A stretch of 64,000 bases of DNA from Chrysomallon squamiferum (lineage: Eukaryota > Animalia > Mollusca). This document shows, piece by piece, positions 40,692 to 55,774 of the stretch. How positions within the stretch are numbered: the first letter of the stretch is position 1; each line of letters opens with the position of its first letter. The stretch is taken from assembly GCA_012295275.1 (NCBI GenBank), contig CM022673.1:23808001-23872000 (forward strand), written 5' to 3'. The notes below the pieces were generated by a model. It was given only the letters and a program-made list of their open reading frames with translations. It searched no databases and had not been told where the DNA came from. The position numbers and the translations under genes are program-made.

Positions 40692-43600
40692 CTTATCCTG
40701 AAGACCGCCATGCGCTAGCCACGAATTAGTGTAAATGCGCGTAAGAATGTAGATCCCACTATCGAAATATACATCGTTTTACAGAATACATATTTGAATA
40801 AAAGAATTTAATTTCCAAGTATTTAACAAAGTAATTTAATTCCGAAATTGATTTGCGCTGATAGTCACAAGATGTTGTACAAATAGCATGCAGTATTAGT
40901 GCGCCAAGAGAGCTGTCGTATGGCCGTTGGTGATAAACACTGGGATGTAGGTAGGCAAGTGATCACGTTATAGCTAATTGCTGAATGATGCTAGAGACTA
41001 ACGTATCTGTTTTATATTTGTGTTTGGTTCTACCTGTCTTTATTACTATTTTCATGTCAATTGTAGATTTTAAAAGTTAGGTTACGAATAAGCATAAAAA
41101 TGCTTTTTCCGATAAATATATAATTTGTAAATAGAAATGCCAAATGGAGCTATTTAGAGTTAAAATAACTTCCTAGTCGTAGGTTGTGGTTCCGATGCTT
41201 GTCATAGGATTATTTCCCTTGATCCGGCCTGGTTGAATGGAAAACAACATACTCGAAATGTCAGTCTGACTTTTCATGTTTTGTACATTACCACTGGTGT
41301 GGTTAAGTTCACCATTTTCAAGACGTGTTTTAGCATTTCATCGTTAATAAAATTATGAATCTTCACGTTCTGTAAAAATATTTTCGTTAGTAATAAGTAT
41401 TTGATTATTTTTATCAACTGGTATTAACACCAGACTATTGTGTTTGTTGTATGTTTTGATCAAATGAAATGAATGTTAATACTGACCATCAGACAATCGG
41501 TAAACTTCTTAAACAAAAATAGACTGAAGAGAAGTGTTTAAAGAAAAACAGTACAAAGCAGTAAAAGATGTGTAGCTTTATTTTCACAGGTAATGAACAT
41601 TAAGATTAAAACACCTGTAAAAAAAACTAACACTGACAACAAAAGCAGTCAAAACATGAGAAATAAGACATTAATTTTGTTAAAGTTATCTTGTCATTTT
41701 TTTAATTCAAAAAAACAATTTATTTTATTAATTTATTTAAACTATCAAACATTTTTATTTCTTTTACTCTCTTTTATATTTTTTAAGAAACCTCTCTCAG
41801 AACATAGTGTTAAGTTCATACATACATTACAATATTCAGAAAAAGAATATAATTTAAAAGATATTTTAAGTTAATATCCATTGGTGAACACTAATTTTAT
41901 TTTTAAGTGAGTTATTTTCTTTCAAATCACAAAGTATTAAAACCACTTAAATCAGTAATTAAATAAAACTGAGGGTATAAACAGATAAATTTAGGCCAAT
42001 TATTCCCTACCCAAATAAGAAACTTAAGAAAACACCATACCCCAATTTTATACAATTAATTGTATATTTTACTGTTTGGATATGCAATAATCAGACAATG
42101 TTTTGAAATAAAAAGATAGGGTGTTTTTTTCTTTTTCTTTTTCATTTGGCTAATTATCTGCAAATAGATAACTGGAAATGATTATATAAAGATGTTTTTA
42201 ATCTTATATTTTTAATCTTATGTTTTTTACAAGAGTTGAAATTCTGTTGATAGAACAGTCTGAGGGAAACAGCTATTATAAACTGTTTAACTCATTCTGA
42301 CTATTAATAATTATTTTCAACTGACACAAAATAATTCTGATTCTGTAAAGTACAGCTATAAATATCTTTTCTCTAATAATGGTAATCTGTCAGATGTACC
42401 TTATAAATGAAATTTAGAAAATTAAATGAATTAATTCAGCAAATGGAACTGGATTTGTTATGACTGAAATAAGTATTTGTTTACAGTTTTAAAGATATGA
42501 CAGAAGTATAATTGTACCAAACAGGAATTCTTTTTCATTTGTCTGTTAAATAACGTGTGTTATGAAATGAAGATGAAATAGTTAAGTTAAATATAATTTA
42601 ATAAATCTGACTAGGTTTCTGTATGTCTGGCACCACTTATCTAAATGCTAAAAAAGAAAATGGTTAATAAAAAACATGAAATGGTTATTTAAAAAAGAAA
42701 AAGAAAAAGAAAATTATATTGCTGATTTCAGTTTTAAAAGAAAGCTTGATAATATATATAATGATAATCATGTTTCATGATAAACAGAACGCAATCTCTT
42801 TTGATTACAGAAAATGTTTCTATATTAGACAACACATTAGATGAACACTTATTAATACATTTTATCACAAGATTGTGTTAATAATGTTTTATTTTTGGAA
42901 ATATTTTATATATTTACTGGTCAGTACTGCACACAAAGTTACATAAACGTAAACACGGCAATACATTTTTACCTGACCCAAGATATACACAATGGATCAT
43001 ATCTCCACTGCCTGTACAAATCCAAACAAACGGTGAAACTTCCAAAATGTTTTTACCTTGCACAATCAAAAATATTATTCACTGATGTTAAATCACACTG
43101 AGACAGATATATATCTGAATAAATTTTAATCAAGTTCACTCGCCTAAAACAGTGATACAGAAATCACCTGTTTGGAGAATTATCTATTGGAGGAAAAAGT
43201 ACGTCTACCCAGAAGAATGATCAAATGGATTTCATGTCTTTTAAAACTTTACAAAGAGAATAAAAATATTGATTACAAATATAGTTTTATATATATAGGT
43301 GAGCAGAAGCTATAATCTAATTAATAATACACTCAAAATCTTTAATTAAATAGTCATGAGTAGCAGATATTAAAATCTGAGCAACAAGCTCTTTCTCATT
43401 AATCAAACTGCGAACATATATTCAGAAAACATGAGCAGAATGTTTAATCTGTGTTATATGTGAGCAGAAAGTATACTGTACATTAACATTTCCAAAACTG
43501 TTAACAAACATGCAAACAGTTGCAAAGGAAATCTTTGAATACGACAGCAACTAGCCTGCATGAAACAGAGCTTTAGTAAATACTAACTGAAATTACAGTA

Positions 43601-46024
43601 TCACTTGCTCAACTAGAAAAAACCACTGCATAAACAATTGTTAATTCCCCTTATTAACAATGCAATGCCAAAACGTAATTACTAACCCAGAAGTTATAAA
43701 ACCAATTCAAATCAACAGTTCTGTCCCAATGTGAAAATACAAGTGACACTTCAATTAATATCAGTTTCAATTTAACAAATATTGGTATCCTTGTAAAAAT
43801 TACAAGTTAATATTGAAACTGCAATTTAATGTTATTAAACCTCACTGTGACGCAGTACAGTACTAATTATTGTCAGACGTTTTTAATTTTTGTTTAAATT
43901 GTTCAAGTTGTGGATTACTTGTCAGTGTGCAATTAAAATCAGATTCAGAGAAAACCTTACATACAACCAGTCACATTTCATACTGTAGCCAGTGTTAAAG
44001 CCAGTTTCTCTTGCACAGATATATATATATATATATATATATATTCAAAAAAGCATCTAAATATAACTGTGTTTTTCCAGACAGACTGATTTATTTAGTT
44101 TTTTATGTTAGCAAATATAGAACACAAGCAAGACAAAATCCTGCTAAAATCTGTTATAAAAAAGCAAGCAGTTTCTTTTACTGATTGAACGCTGTATAAA
44201 TGTGATTTTTTATTATTTCATGAGAAATTAGATGATATATTAAATCAGATTTTTTTTTTTTTTTTTAGTTATTTATTTTTTGTATTTACAAGTATACAAT
44301 TGTGGATTTATACAGATGTACAAAATGCTTCCTTGGCCTCATCTCTGATCGGTTTTCTAAACCCTGTTTAATCTTTACAGAAGTCAGAAAACCAGTGCAC
44401 ACACAAAAATGCATTACACCAAATGCTTTGGAAGCCAGATTTGATAAGTTAAAAAGGTTTAACATTTTAAAAAGTTTTCTGGCAATAAAAAAAACAAAAA
44501 ACAGGCTGTTAACAACATGTATAGAGATCTGAAAGAGTTTATCAAAAGAAGTACATGAATATATCTAATTACAATATCTGATACACAACAATATATCAAC
44601 ATTTTAAATCAGCAGCCATGATAAATATCCAAAAATATACAAAATAATCTTCAACTAGCTAAGAAACATGTAATTTTGATGTAATGGACCAGACTGATCA
44701 TTCACAAATGATTTTAACACCAGAGACACACTATTCATAATTACTGAAATAACACAACTTGGTGGTGTGTGCGATTAGTTCCTAAGCTAGTTTTGTTCCT
44801 TCCACAAATTCTTTACATTGAAAAAAGGCTAAACATTTCTCTTTCTTTCTTCTTTTCTTTTTTAATTTATTAAATATAATATTGTTACTATTTTAAATAA
44901 TTTGCCACGTGAGATGAAAATCAGTTGGATACAATTACCATCATGTCAAATTAAAATATCCTCTAACCAGAAATGGTAAGAGCAACATTGTCAAGACTGA
45001 GACACTGGCATGCATTATGTAACCATGACTACATGAGACAACAATAAACACATTCAATAACAAAGTTTTAGAATGTACTACTACAGACTTTGTCACCAAG
45101 TACAAAAACTAATATTTTTAAAACACAACCCAATCACATGAATTATTATACAATGACAACAGAGATAAATATGTCTGTACAAAATGATAATAAATATAAT
45201 TAAAGCTTTACTAGGAAGCACATAAAATAATAAACATGGAATAACATCATTTAATAAGTTCAAAGAACAAAATATATAAATATGAATTCAACAAATTGAT
45301 GAAAAAAATGATTTAAAAAAATTAAAACAGAAATGTTACAAAACACATTATTGTTGTAAAAGTTACATAATAATTAAAAAATACTGATAATTATTAAAAG
45401 TACTGGCATACTAAGACGACGTGTAACATAACAACCATGTGATTTGGAAAAGCAGCATTTCTTATACTGAACATTTGTCAGGGTTTAAAAATGAGAAATT
45501 TTGATTAACTCTGCTGCCTCTGATTGATCTTCTATGTTTTTTCTAGATGGAGATCTTTGAGATAATTCTTAATGTGAGATAATCCAAAATACATGATTTT
45601 CTAACTATTCAGAGGAAAAATATTACAAGTTGAAAATGATACTAAACAATTTACCAATATTTTTAATTTATAAAACAGTAAGTATAAATTGTCATTCATA
45701 CAACATTCTGGTCAATTCATTGTAAAAAAACTGGTACAAAAAATAATAAATAAATAAAATAGAAAATAAATTAAAATGGATACTCATTAATAAAAAAAAA
45801 AAAATAAAAAAACTTCCAGGATTGTGTTAAGTCGGCGATCAAAGGGAGGTAATCTGTAACTGAACTGATAGTTCTTCAGCTTTTAACAGCTGGAATCTGA
45901 TAACTGTCTCAAATGCACTTGTTCAATTCATTATTAATTTTAACTCATTAGTGTGGTTCTGTTGTAAATAATTGTTGAGTTTTTTGAGTAAATCTCCACA
46001 GACTAACATGACACGACGATTGTT

Positions 46025-49000
46025 TTAGCGGTAGTAACTTCCATGACCACTGTAGTCTCCGCGGGACGGGTATGGTGACTTCTCCTGGTTGTGAGCCATG
46101 TCATAAACAACATCTTCAGGTGGGGGTACGTACCGGTTGTTTAGTATGTGTATCAGTCCCGATGTCAAACCCACACAGACTATCTGCAATACAATAGGCA
46201 ATAATCAGTTAATAAACAAAACATGTTTACTGTGAACATTTGTCACTTAACTATTAGTTATTATTATTGCTTGTGAACTGTAAATTAAACTGTGCCTCAC
46301 CTCTAGAATCAGAATAGCAATAGCAACCCCAGCTATAGCAACTATGTAGTTAGCAAAGAATTCTGTCAAAGCTTCCCGGCAGTTCTGTAAGAACAATTAA
46401 CAAAAAATATCTGTCATCTGGAAATAGTTTACTTATCTACTGGTTTACTAGTATGTATGAAAAATATTCAACTACACTTTTAAGGCTATGAATTATACTG
46501 AACTTAAATGTTTTCATATTTGAAAAATATTAAATCTATATATTTATTCTTATGAAAAATACTCAACAATACTTTTAATTGTATGAAAAATATTGAACCT
46601 GTAGGTTTACTTGTATGAAAAATACTGAACCTATATGTTAAATTATATGGAAAATACTGAATCTCTATGTTTACTTTTATGAATAATATCAAATCTTTAG
46701 CTTTATTTGAAAGAAAAACTTGTACTGTACACAAAGTAAGCTAAAATGTAAAAAGAACAAACAATCTAGATTTTTAACCATTTCAGGTAATTGATTTTCG
46801 ACTGTCAGTATGTAGAAACCAAACAAACAGTAAACATACTGTAGTAATAAAATGAAAACTAGTAAAGATATATAAAGTAATAGTAAACATCTATAATGCA
46901 ATAGTAAATATGTACATAAAGTATTAGTAAATATTTATATCAAGTATTAGTAAATATGTATATAACAATAAAAGATCACTTACATTAACAAATGTAAACA
47001 AAATATTAAATGTTTATAAACAAAACAAGTGTAAACAAAAACAGAAATTTCTTTCAATAAAAAACAAATAATAATAACGGCAGCTAAGATTTTGTAACAC
47101 TGATACCAAGGACATTCATGAATTGCTGGAAAACAAACCCAAAACAGAATTGAGATTCTAACCTTAATTATTATTTATTAAAACACTTATTATTTAATTG
47201 TAAAGACATTCTAATATTTAAACATTGTAATTTATGTTTATTCCTTTTCCTGTATAAAATGTATTAATATTTTATTATTATAATACAGTTTATAATTTTT
47301 TTTATCAATATTCTCAGAATACATAGAACATGTTTTATATTTAAAATGAATATGCAATGTAAATTACAAGTTAAATGGAGTGAATATTAAGTGTATTTAA
47401 CCTGCAGGAAATACTAAATGTTATACAGTTTAACACAAGAGCAGCAGTGAAGAGACAGGAAATACTGACATGTATGCTGAATATTTAAAATGACACTGTT
47501 TATGAACAATGACAATCATGTATGTGTATAGCAGAGTAGCAGTGTGTATTTAAAACACAGTATGACTACTTACCTTCTTGTTTAGGTTTGGGTTAAGCAC
47601 ATCTTCGTTGTTGGACCCATCATTTTGATAAATGGGACACATTTTCTCAAACCTGTCAGGGCTGTTCTGGTACCTCTCATAATCCGAGCAGCATGAAAAT
47701 GGCGTCTGCTTCTCTCGTTTTGTGGCATCCAGGGAGATCCATACTGACTGCTGGTAGTCAAAATAACTAGCACCACCACAACATTTCAGCTTAAAATTTA
47801 AAATGATAAAATGGTCTTACCACTTAATAACAGCAACAAAAATAGAAATAGTTATAGTAACAGAAACAAAAATAGAAATAGTTAATTTCCTCAACTCACC
47901 TCTGACTGCATGATGTCAACAACGTAAGTGACACGATCATATTCAAGTCCCTTGTATTTCTGTTGTATAAAGTGTGTGACGATTTTACCTCGCGAAATTG
48001 TCTCTTCCAACTGATGAAAAAAATAACACTCTAAAATTATGTCAGTACTTCATTAAACTGACTCTGTTGAATTGTTTGAAGACTTGGAAGTGGTAAAATA
48101 GAAGGGCATCAACAAGTGAATTATTTCCTTTATAAACCTCTATAATTTAATTTAATATAATCATTATTTGAATAGTTTACATACCATATCATAAACAGAT
48201 ATATATATATATACAGTTATCTCAACCCTGAATAAAATTATACAGCACAGGATACACGTAAAACAATAACAATATACTTAATTCAGATTATCTCAAAAAC
48301 AGAACTGTGAATGATGTAGTTAATATTTACCTCCACTCTGTAATAGAAGCCATAGGACACAGCACCAATGGTGAGGAGTGTCGCTGTACACAAGGCAAAC
48401 AGATACTGAAACAGAAAAACATGTTACAGTACATGAATTCTTCTTTAACACATTTTATTTTTAAATATCAGTTATAGATTTTAGTACAAATTATACAGGA
48501 AACAGCAATATCTGAGCTACCAAGGCCTGCTTGAAGTTTTACTTAAAAACACTAAGAATTACTAGTTGTTTTCCCAACATAACTGAAATGTACTTGATGT
48601 TTTACATACAAATATTTAGATTCACTTGATATTTTACTTACAAACACTAAGAATTACTAGATATTTTGCTTACATTAAGATTACTTGATGTTGTACTTAC
48701 AAACATTCAGATTTACTTGGTGTTTTACTTATAAAGCACCTAGATTCACTTACAAGGACTAAGGCCCACTTGACGATGCGCACAGCACCGATTATGCCAA
48801 TGAAGATGGAGATGACAAGGATTGCGCTGAGAGACAGACAGATATAGAGCAGGATCAAGTATCGAGTGAGCTCTGAGTCAATCTCCAGATACTCATTTGA
48901 CCAGAAATCCAACCTCAGCCACAGCAGCACCCCAAATATAGACGCTCCCAGCAGCTGAAAAACACAGTTCACTGATTTCAATACATACTCTTAAAACACA

Positions 49001-52000
49001 AAGTACGTGAAAACAATTCTGAACCTAAAACAATGCATGAGTTATCATGGATCTTGAACAATTCTAATCGCTAGAAATCCCAGAAACTGTCATACACAAC
49101 TGCATCAAAATCTTTCATGAAGATTTGAATGTACAGAACACATTTGACACAGTATCAATGAATAACCATTGTAAGTAAAATAAACAACTGTAATGATAGG
49201 AGTGATAATATGTTAAAGTTCATGATTTTGTGTAAAAATAAAACTTATCAATAATGTTAATGTTTACTGCCAACGATGTACAAATGTTTATAACATCTCA
49301 CAGGAGAAAGGTAAAAACATGATTTCATAACATTTAAGATATTTTTCCTATCTGTCCTGCACTTAATTCTTATAATCTTAGAGATACAAGTAAAAGGGAA
49401 AATATGGGCAGATAACTGAATTTTATAACTTTCATACATTTATATAAGTCATATAAAATGACAAAGGACTGAGCCTTACTTGTAATGGTATTCGTTTACT
49501 ATTCTCCTAGGAATTTACCTGTATGTATGGCTTTGTTTGTTATCAATAAGACTTTACAGAGGAGCATAAATTATTCATGATGCTATTCACAGTCAAAAGC
49601 ATTAAGAACAATAGAAAGTTTATACCTAGTCAAAACAGTGTGGAAGTTGTAAATGATGTTTGCTTGATAATCAATATAAAACTGTTTAGATATCTGTCAG
49701 TCCAAAATTTTCAAATAAGAACCATGCAAAATATATATGTGTTTATACTTCAGTATGTATTTGCAGTCAACAATGTGTTTTATATGAAAGTAATTATGTA
49801 TGCACGTACATGTGCATATGTGTTTTGTGTGTGTGTATATATCTGTCTGTCACAAATAATAAAATTAGATGACTTCTATTGAGCAAATCAATTTTCTATC
49901 AGTGATCAAACTGTTTTATAAGGAATACCACTATGTAGCTAGTATGTATTTATACATAGCAATTTGGTGGAATGATAAATATCAGAGATGTTAATGTTAA
50001 CTGGTAAAATGGCAAATAGATAGCTAAATATTGCATCTCAAAATAAAAACATTGCAAGAGAAACATTATAAAGAATGAAAATTTGCCTGCTCAACCAGAT
50101 TTTAACAGTGTTTTTAATTTATTTCCTATTTCAATAATGTTTTTGTTTTTCCTGAAATAGACAATTCAAAGAAATAAAGCATTTCTTCCACAAAAGAAAA
50201 AAAGAAAGAAAAATGATGGTCAAATGAATATTGATAATCCACACTAAAAAGCAAAAGAGATGTCGTTAAACAAATGCATGAGACTTGTATATACATGATA
50301 TATCTCACAGTGTCGAACAAGTAACTTGTCACATTCACAGAGAAAACGAGGACGTGACATCATAATCAATATCAGAGGTATGTGCAGACATTTGCTGTGG
50401 CAACACAACAATGAAAGAGAAAATCCAAGACAAGTCCTGGATTACATGTTAAACCTTTGTACAACACAGCCACCTTGAGATGTGTACACTGTGAGTCAGA
50501 TAATCCAAACAAAAACATGTCTCAAAGATCATTAATGTAATGACATCTAAAACCCAGGTCCTCAACTTTAAGTCAAACAAGCGTAACAATCTACAGCTAA
50601 AATCAACTTACACCTTTTAAACCAAATGTTAAAAAAAAAATATATATATATATATATATATTCTAAATTTCAATAAAAGAAAATGGAGAGTAAATTTTGC
50701 TTTATTTAAAAAAAAAAAAATGTGTTTGCATAACAATATAAAAGAAATAATTTTTTTCCTCCTTGCTATTCCAAAATGTTTCTACTGTATACTATGTATT
50801 TCTAATGTTTGTACAATTCCAGTCTGAAAATATAATGTTCAGGTTAAAACACAATAAGTTGAATAAAAATCAAACCTGCTTTTACAGAAACATTAGAGTT
50901 ATCACTACAAGGCATGTTTTAATATTGTATAAAAATTACTTTTGTCTGTTCAGCTATGATTACAGACATGTTTTGCCTTATATTCATGTAATTACATTTT
51001 ATGTACATAAAAACTAAACACTTATTTAAATAATTACATAATTTTCTTTTCATTATAATCTTTGAACAGAACATTTTTCCTTTTTCTACCTGTATTTTTA
51101 CATTAAAATATAAAAATATAAATTTAAATATTTTCTGTGCCATTCATAAAGCTGAAGTGCTACTGGTTCAGACTCATTTGTGATGTAAAATATATATAAA
51201 AGCAGAAAACTTTTAAGTAGTTTAAGCAAATACAAACATTTTGTGTTCAGTCTAAGACAATGTGCTACTGTTTACACAGTCAGGTGATGTCAACTTGCAC
51301 ATCTGACAAATGATCTTAGCTATTGTCAGTTCAACCTCAAAACTAAACACCATAAAATATGTTGATGTTATTGATTAAACAATCAATGGCACCAGTTCAA
51401 TCAATACATGTCTATTAACAATTAAAAATAAAAGGTACATGATAATTACACATACACATTTTAACACTTCCCTATCAATTAATACATTAAAATTTAAAAA
51501 AAGTTGACACAAGTTTTACATGTATATATAAAATGATAAACAGAATTCTTTATGATTATGTATGAATTAGAAAAATGCTTTTTTTTTAGTTCTTAGTTAG
51601 TTAGGAATATTATTATGAAAAAATCAGCAAATTAACTTAACTTGTAAAACCCAATAAGAACACAAACAAAATAATAAAATTAATAAAAATATGACACAAA
51701 TCAAAGAATTCTTTATCATTTAGAAACTTATCTACCTGACATATGAAGTTAAGACATTTTGGTTTTAACTTCTAAATCTGAAATTATAAATAGTAACTAG
51801 TGTACCAAACTCTGTGACAACATACTTTGTCAATAAATGATTACAGTATGAGTATCCAGTATGATTATAAATAATTAAACTCTTGTTAATTACAAATGCC
51901 ATATCAATACTACAGTTAATTATAAATATTACACTCATATCAAACTGTGATAAATACACTGATTTACAATAAAAACTTAAAATTTTCTTTTTTAATACAC

Positions 52001-52122
52001 TATTGACTATAAATATGGATAAGACATCAAACTTAATGCTGAATCTGAGAAAAGACTCATTGATTGTTATAATCAATAACGCAATTTACGTTATATTTGC
52101 ATTATTAAAAATACTGAAATTT

Positions 52123-52153
<31 letters not shown>

Positions 52154-52207
52154 ATTAAAAATTGACCATTATAAACATTTTTGTTAAAAATATAAATAAA
52201 TACGTAA

Positions 52208-52258
<51 letters not shown>

Positions 52259-52574
52259 TAATAATAATAATAATAACAACAAAACAAAACAAACAAAAAC
52301 AAAAACAAAAAACATTAGCACTGTGGGAAGAACACAAAAATAACAAGGTGTGTTTTAACAAAGAGGAAATGACACACAGTGACATACTGTCACAGTCTGA
52401 CCTGCTAAAGCCTACAGTGCTTGCGCAGACTAATCATTGTGCTGTTATAAAAAATTGCATATTTGACCATTTCTCTTTTCACTGGTTATTTTAAAAAAAT
52501 TAGATTTTAACACTCACCCACAATAAAACAGAGAAAAGTACAAGAAAGCATTTGACTGCGAAAAATTGCCTCAT
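46025..52574 (-). CDS. Tetraspanin family protein. Exons: 52574-52518, 48954-48754, 48405-48331, 48010-47900, 47789-47574, 46384-46301, 46183-46025
   Basis: Four hydrophobic helices; large extracellular loop with IMQSELKCCG and PFSCC motifs plus a final Cys before TM4; all introns phase 0; cytoplasmic tail ...VVYDMAHNQEKSPYPSRGDYSGHGSYYR*. Confidence 0.93.
48530..48753. repeat. Degenerate repeat abutting a tetraspanin donor
   Basis: Repeated tttacttacaaacactaag / tagattcactt; the last copy supplies GTAAGT on the minus strand. Confidence 0.7.
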
Positions 52575-52789
52575 TTTTATAAATTTTCGAAAGCCGTCAT
52601 CGATTCATGGTCCTCTTCAGCTTGTTTTTCTGCCTCCCTTTCCGACAATAGACGGCGCTGCAGGCTGTTGTTGTTTATTTGTTTCCTCCGAACTTCCGAA
52701 GCACTTAAGCTACTGTTCAGCTGCGACTGATGCATAAATATTATGTTGAATAAAATATTACTAATTTATATTTAATTTCAACCGCTAAC

Positions 52790-52837
<48 letters not shown>

Positions 52838-54676
52838 GCAGGGTATTTTTCTCTCAGAACAGAAAGAATACGTAAATGTATTTACACTTTATACTTTATA
52901 ATTTACACGAACGCATTTACGTCTTGGAAATATCTTTTATGCAAGATGATGATAAACTCGAAGAGACCCACAGTGATCTTTTCAACGGTCTTTTTTATTT
53001 ATATTTTTATTTATTAGCAGCATGACATGTTTTTATTTTTCCACAAACGTAAGACGTTAATAATGGTTTCTGATAAACTACCTACAAGGAAGTGTTGAAA
53101 GATATCCCAGATCAGTACTACTACTACTATTACTACTACTACTACTATTACTACTACTACTACTACTACTTCTATTGCTACTTCGCCTACTACTTTGTTA
53201 TTGTTATTGTTGATGTTGATGTTGATGCTGTTATTATTAACTGATTTCTTCTCTTGGTGATACTGATATTGTTGGTGCTGTTGTATATGTTCTGTTACGC
53301 TTCTAAACATTAAAAGTTGATTGTCGTTGATTTAAAGGCCTATGTAAATTAGAAAATAATTTATAGAAGAAAAAAAATGAAAGTAGGAAAAAAAATTAAA
53401 ACGAAAAAAAAACATGAACTAATGAAAGAAAGAAAAAATAATTTGCTACTACAACAACAACAACAACAACAACTACTACTACTACTACTACTTCTACTAC
53501 TACTACTACTAATAATAATAATAATAAATAAATAAATAAATAAATACAAAAATTGCTTAGAATGAATGTCACTATCAATAGCGGACCTGCATTTTTTGTG
53601 GGGGTCTGACGCTTTATCGTTTCGCAAGCAACAACGAGGTCTTGGTAACCACTGTTTTCTTCTTCATTGCACCTGTTCCGTGACAGATCACCATACATTT
53701 TGTGAGCTTTAAGCTTCATTAGTTTCATAAAGATCCGTCCCGAGTCATCGTGACCGAAAATACAGCTCCAAACAGCAAAGTAAAAAGCACTGACACCGTA
53801 ATAGATCAGCAGAAAAGCAGAGGACCGCAACAAGGACAAAGAAATGATCGTTGTTTTCCTCGAGAAATCTTTAAGTGATTACAAAAATTATTACACCTGA
53901 TACTATTATTATCACTAGTTCTGCTATTTCCACTACTACCGTATTTAGTGCTGTACTAACATTATTACCTCTACTTGAACCAATGCTAAATTATTTAAAT
54001 AATTCGATGAAAGAAAAGATAAATATGTAATAATAACATGCATTTTACTGAACAAAATAAGTTTTGATTTAGTGTGGTTCATTTCGTTTTGCAGTATAAC
54101 ATGTTTTGAATTAATTAAATATATTAGTGCTGAACTTAGTAATATAGGGGAATGTGTATGCATGTTTGTGTTTGTTTGTGTATACTGTTTGTGCATGTGT
54201 GTGTGCGTGTGTGTGGCTTATTTTGTTTTTTTCCTTTTTGTTGTGTGTGTATCTCTGTTCAGTGTTTTTGTGTTTCTTTGGGTGGGTGTGTTTTTATATA
54301 TATTTAGTTTGTGTGTGTATTTGCGTATGTGTTTATCTGTGTGAATATATATATGTCTGTATGTATGTGTGTGCTGTGTTTGTTTTGGGGCGTGTGATTA
54401 CCTGATATCAAGAAGACATAAACAAAAAATAATAAATACATTCAGCCTTCAGTTTGTTATCAGTTTTTATTATTAACACAGACTGATTTCCACGTGGAAA
54501 ACAAAACTAAACATTTCCTTCGAAGAGTATGGAATACCTTTAGAGTAGATGTAACCAGCAAAATAAAATGTATATGTACAAAAACTGGATATTCATAAAT
54601 CAAAAATAATAACTTTAAAAAAATATAACAGTCTCTCAGCATATATTTAGTCTGTCTATAACCATAAATTTCTTAT

Positions 54677-54747
54677 ACGTACATACATACATACATACAT
54701 ACAAACATACATACATACATACATACATACATACATACATACATACA

Positions 54748-54781
<34 letters not shown>

Positions 54782-54792
54782 CATACATACAT
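54677..54792. repeat. (ACAT)n microsatellite
   Basis: Directly visible. Confidence 0.97.
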
Positions 54793-55111
54793 TATACAGG
54801 TAACACTTCTGTATTGCTTGTTTTGATATATTTACAATACATATACAAAGGCCGGATAAATAATGTATGTGTGTGTATGAATATGCATGTTTGCGTATAT
54901 ATGGATATTAGTGTTTATGTGTGTATTCATTAATGCGAGAGAGAGAGAAAGCACAAATCAGATCTAACTCGTGAACAAAACTTTCTTTTTTAGAAAGTTT
55001 GTGAAGTTTCTCAGTTCTGATGACTATACGCAGTCGCTCAAACTTTTAGCTGATCAGCGATGTGACGTTGTCATGAATACGAACAAGGACACCCAACTGG
55101 TTTGTAAGAAT

Positions 55112-55718
55112 TCATCCTTTTCTGAAAGGCTTAGGAACTCGATGCCAGTTAAACTTGTACAGCAAACGCGAACCCGAAACCCTCTCCATCAGTCCTGATT
55201 TGTAGTAGTGTCTACAACAAAGAAAACTACACTGTTACAAACAAACAGTACAATTTTTTAAACAGTCGAAGAGAAAAAAATGTACATTTATTTAAATAAA
55301 AAACTTTTGAAAAACGAAAGAAAAAAAAATACAAACAACTATAAAATCTGACTCCTGGAGGGAAAAACAATATCACCATCGACGACGACGACAACTACAA
55401 CAACAACAATAATAATAACTATAGTAAGTTAACCTGATGCCACGACTGAGTTTCTCAAATGTCATGTCCCCTTTTCTCTTTTGCTTTCCCCACATGTAAC
55501 TGATTTGAGATGTGTTGACAAACTTGAATTTGCCTGTTGCAACGTCTGTCCATTTGATGATGTCTGATCTTTGGTCCAACATCTGAAGGAGGAATCTCCA
55601 CAACAGAATATTTTTCGCTCCTGAAATGTCACAGAAAACTCAAATGAACAAAATAAATAATGAATGAAAGAATAAATCCTACCTTATTTATTTCAGTATT
55701 ACATATACATAAATAATA

Positions 55719-55774
<56 letters not shown>

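Noticed and set aside
41150-41350. Possible tRNA or tRNA-derived SINE (ggttccgat, B-box-like)
   Set aside because: No cloverleaf or clear A box can be built; too degenerate to call.
46021-46100. Suspected frameshift in the last tetraspanin exon
   Set aside because: On recount the exon is 159 nt and in frame to TAA 46025-46027.
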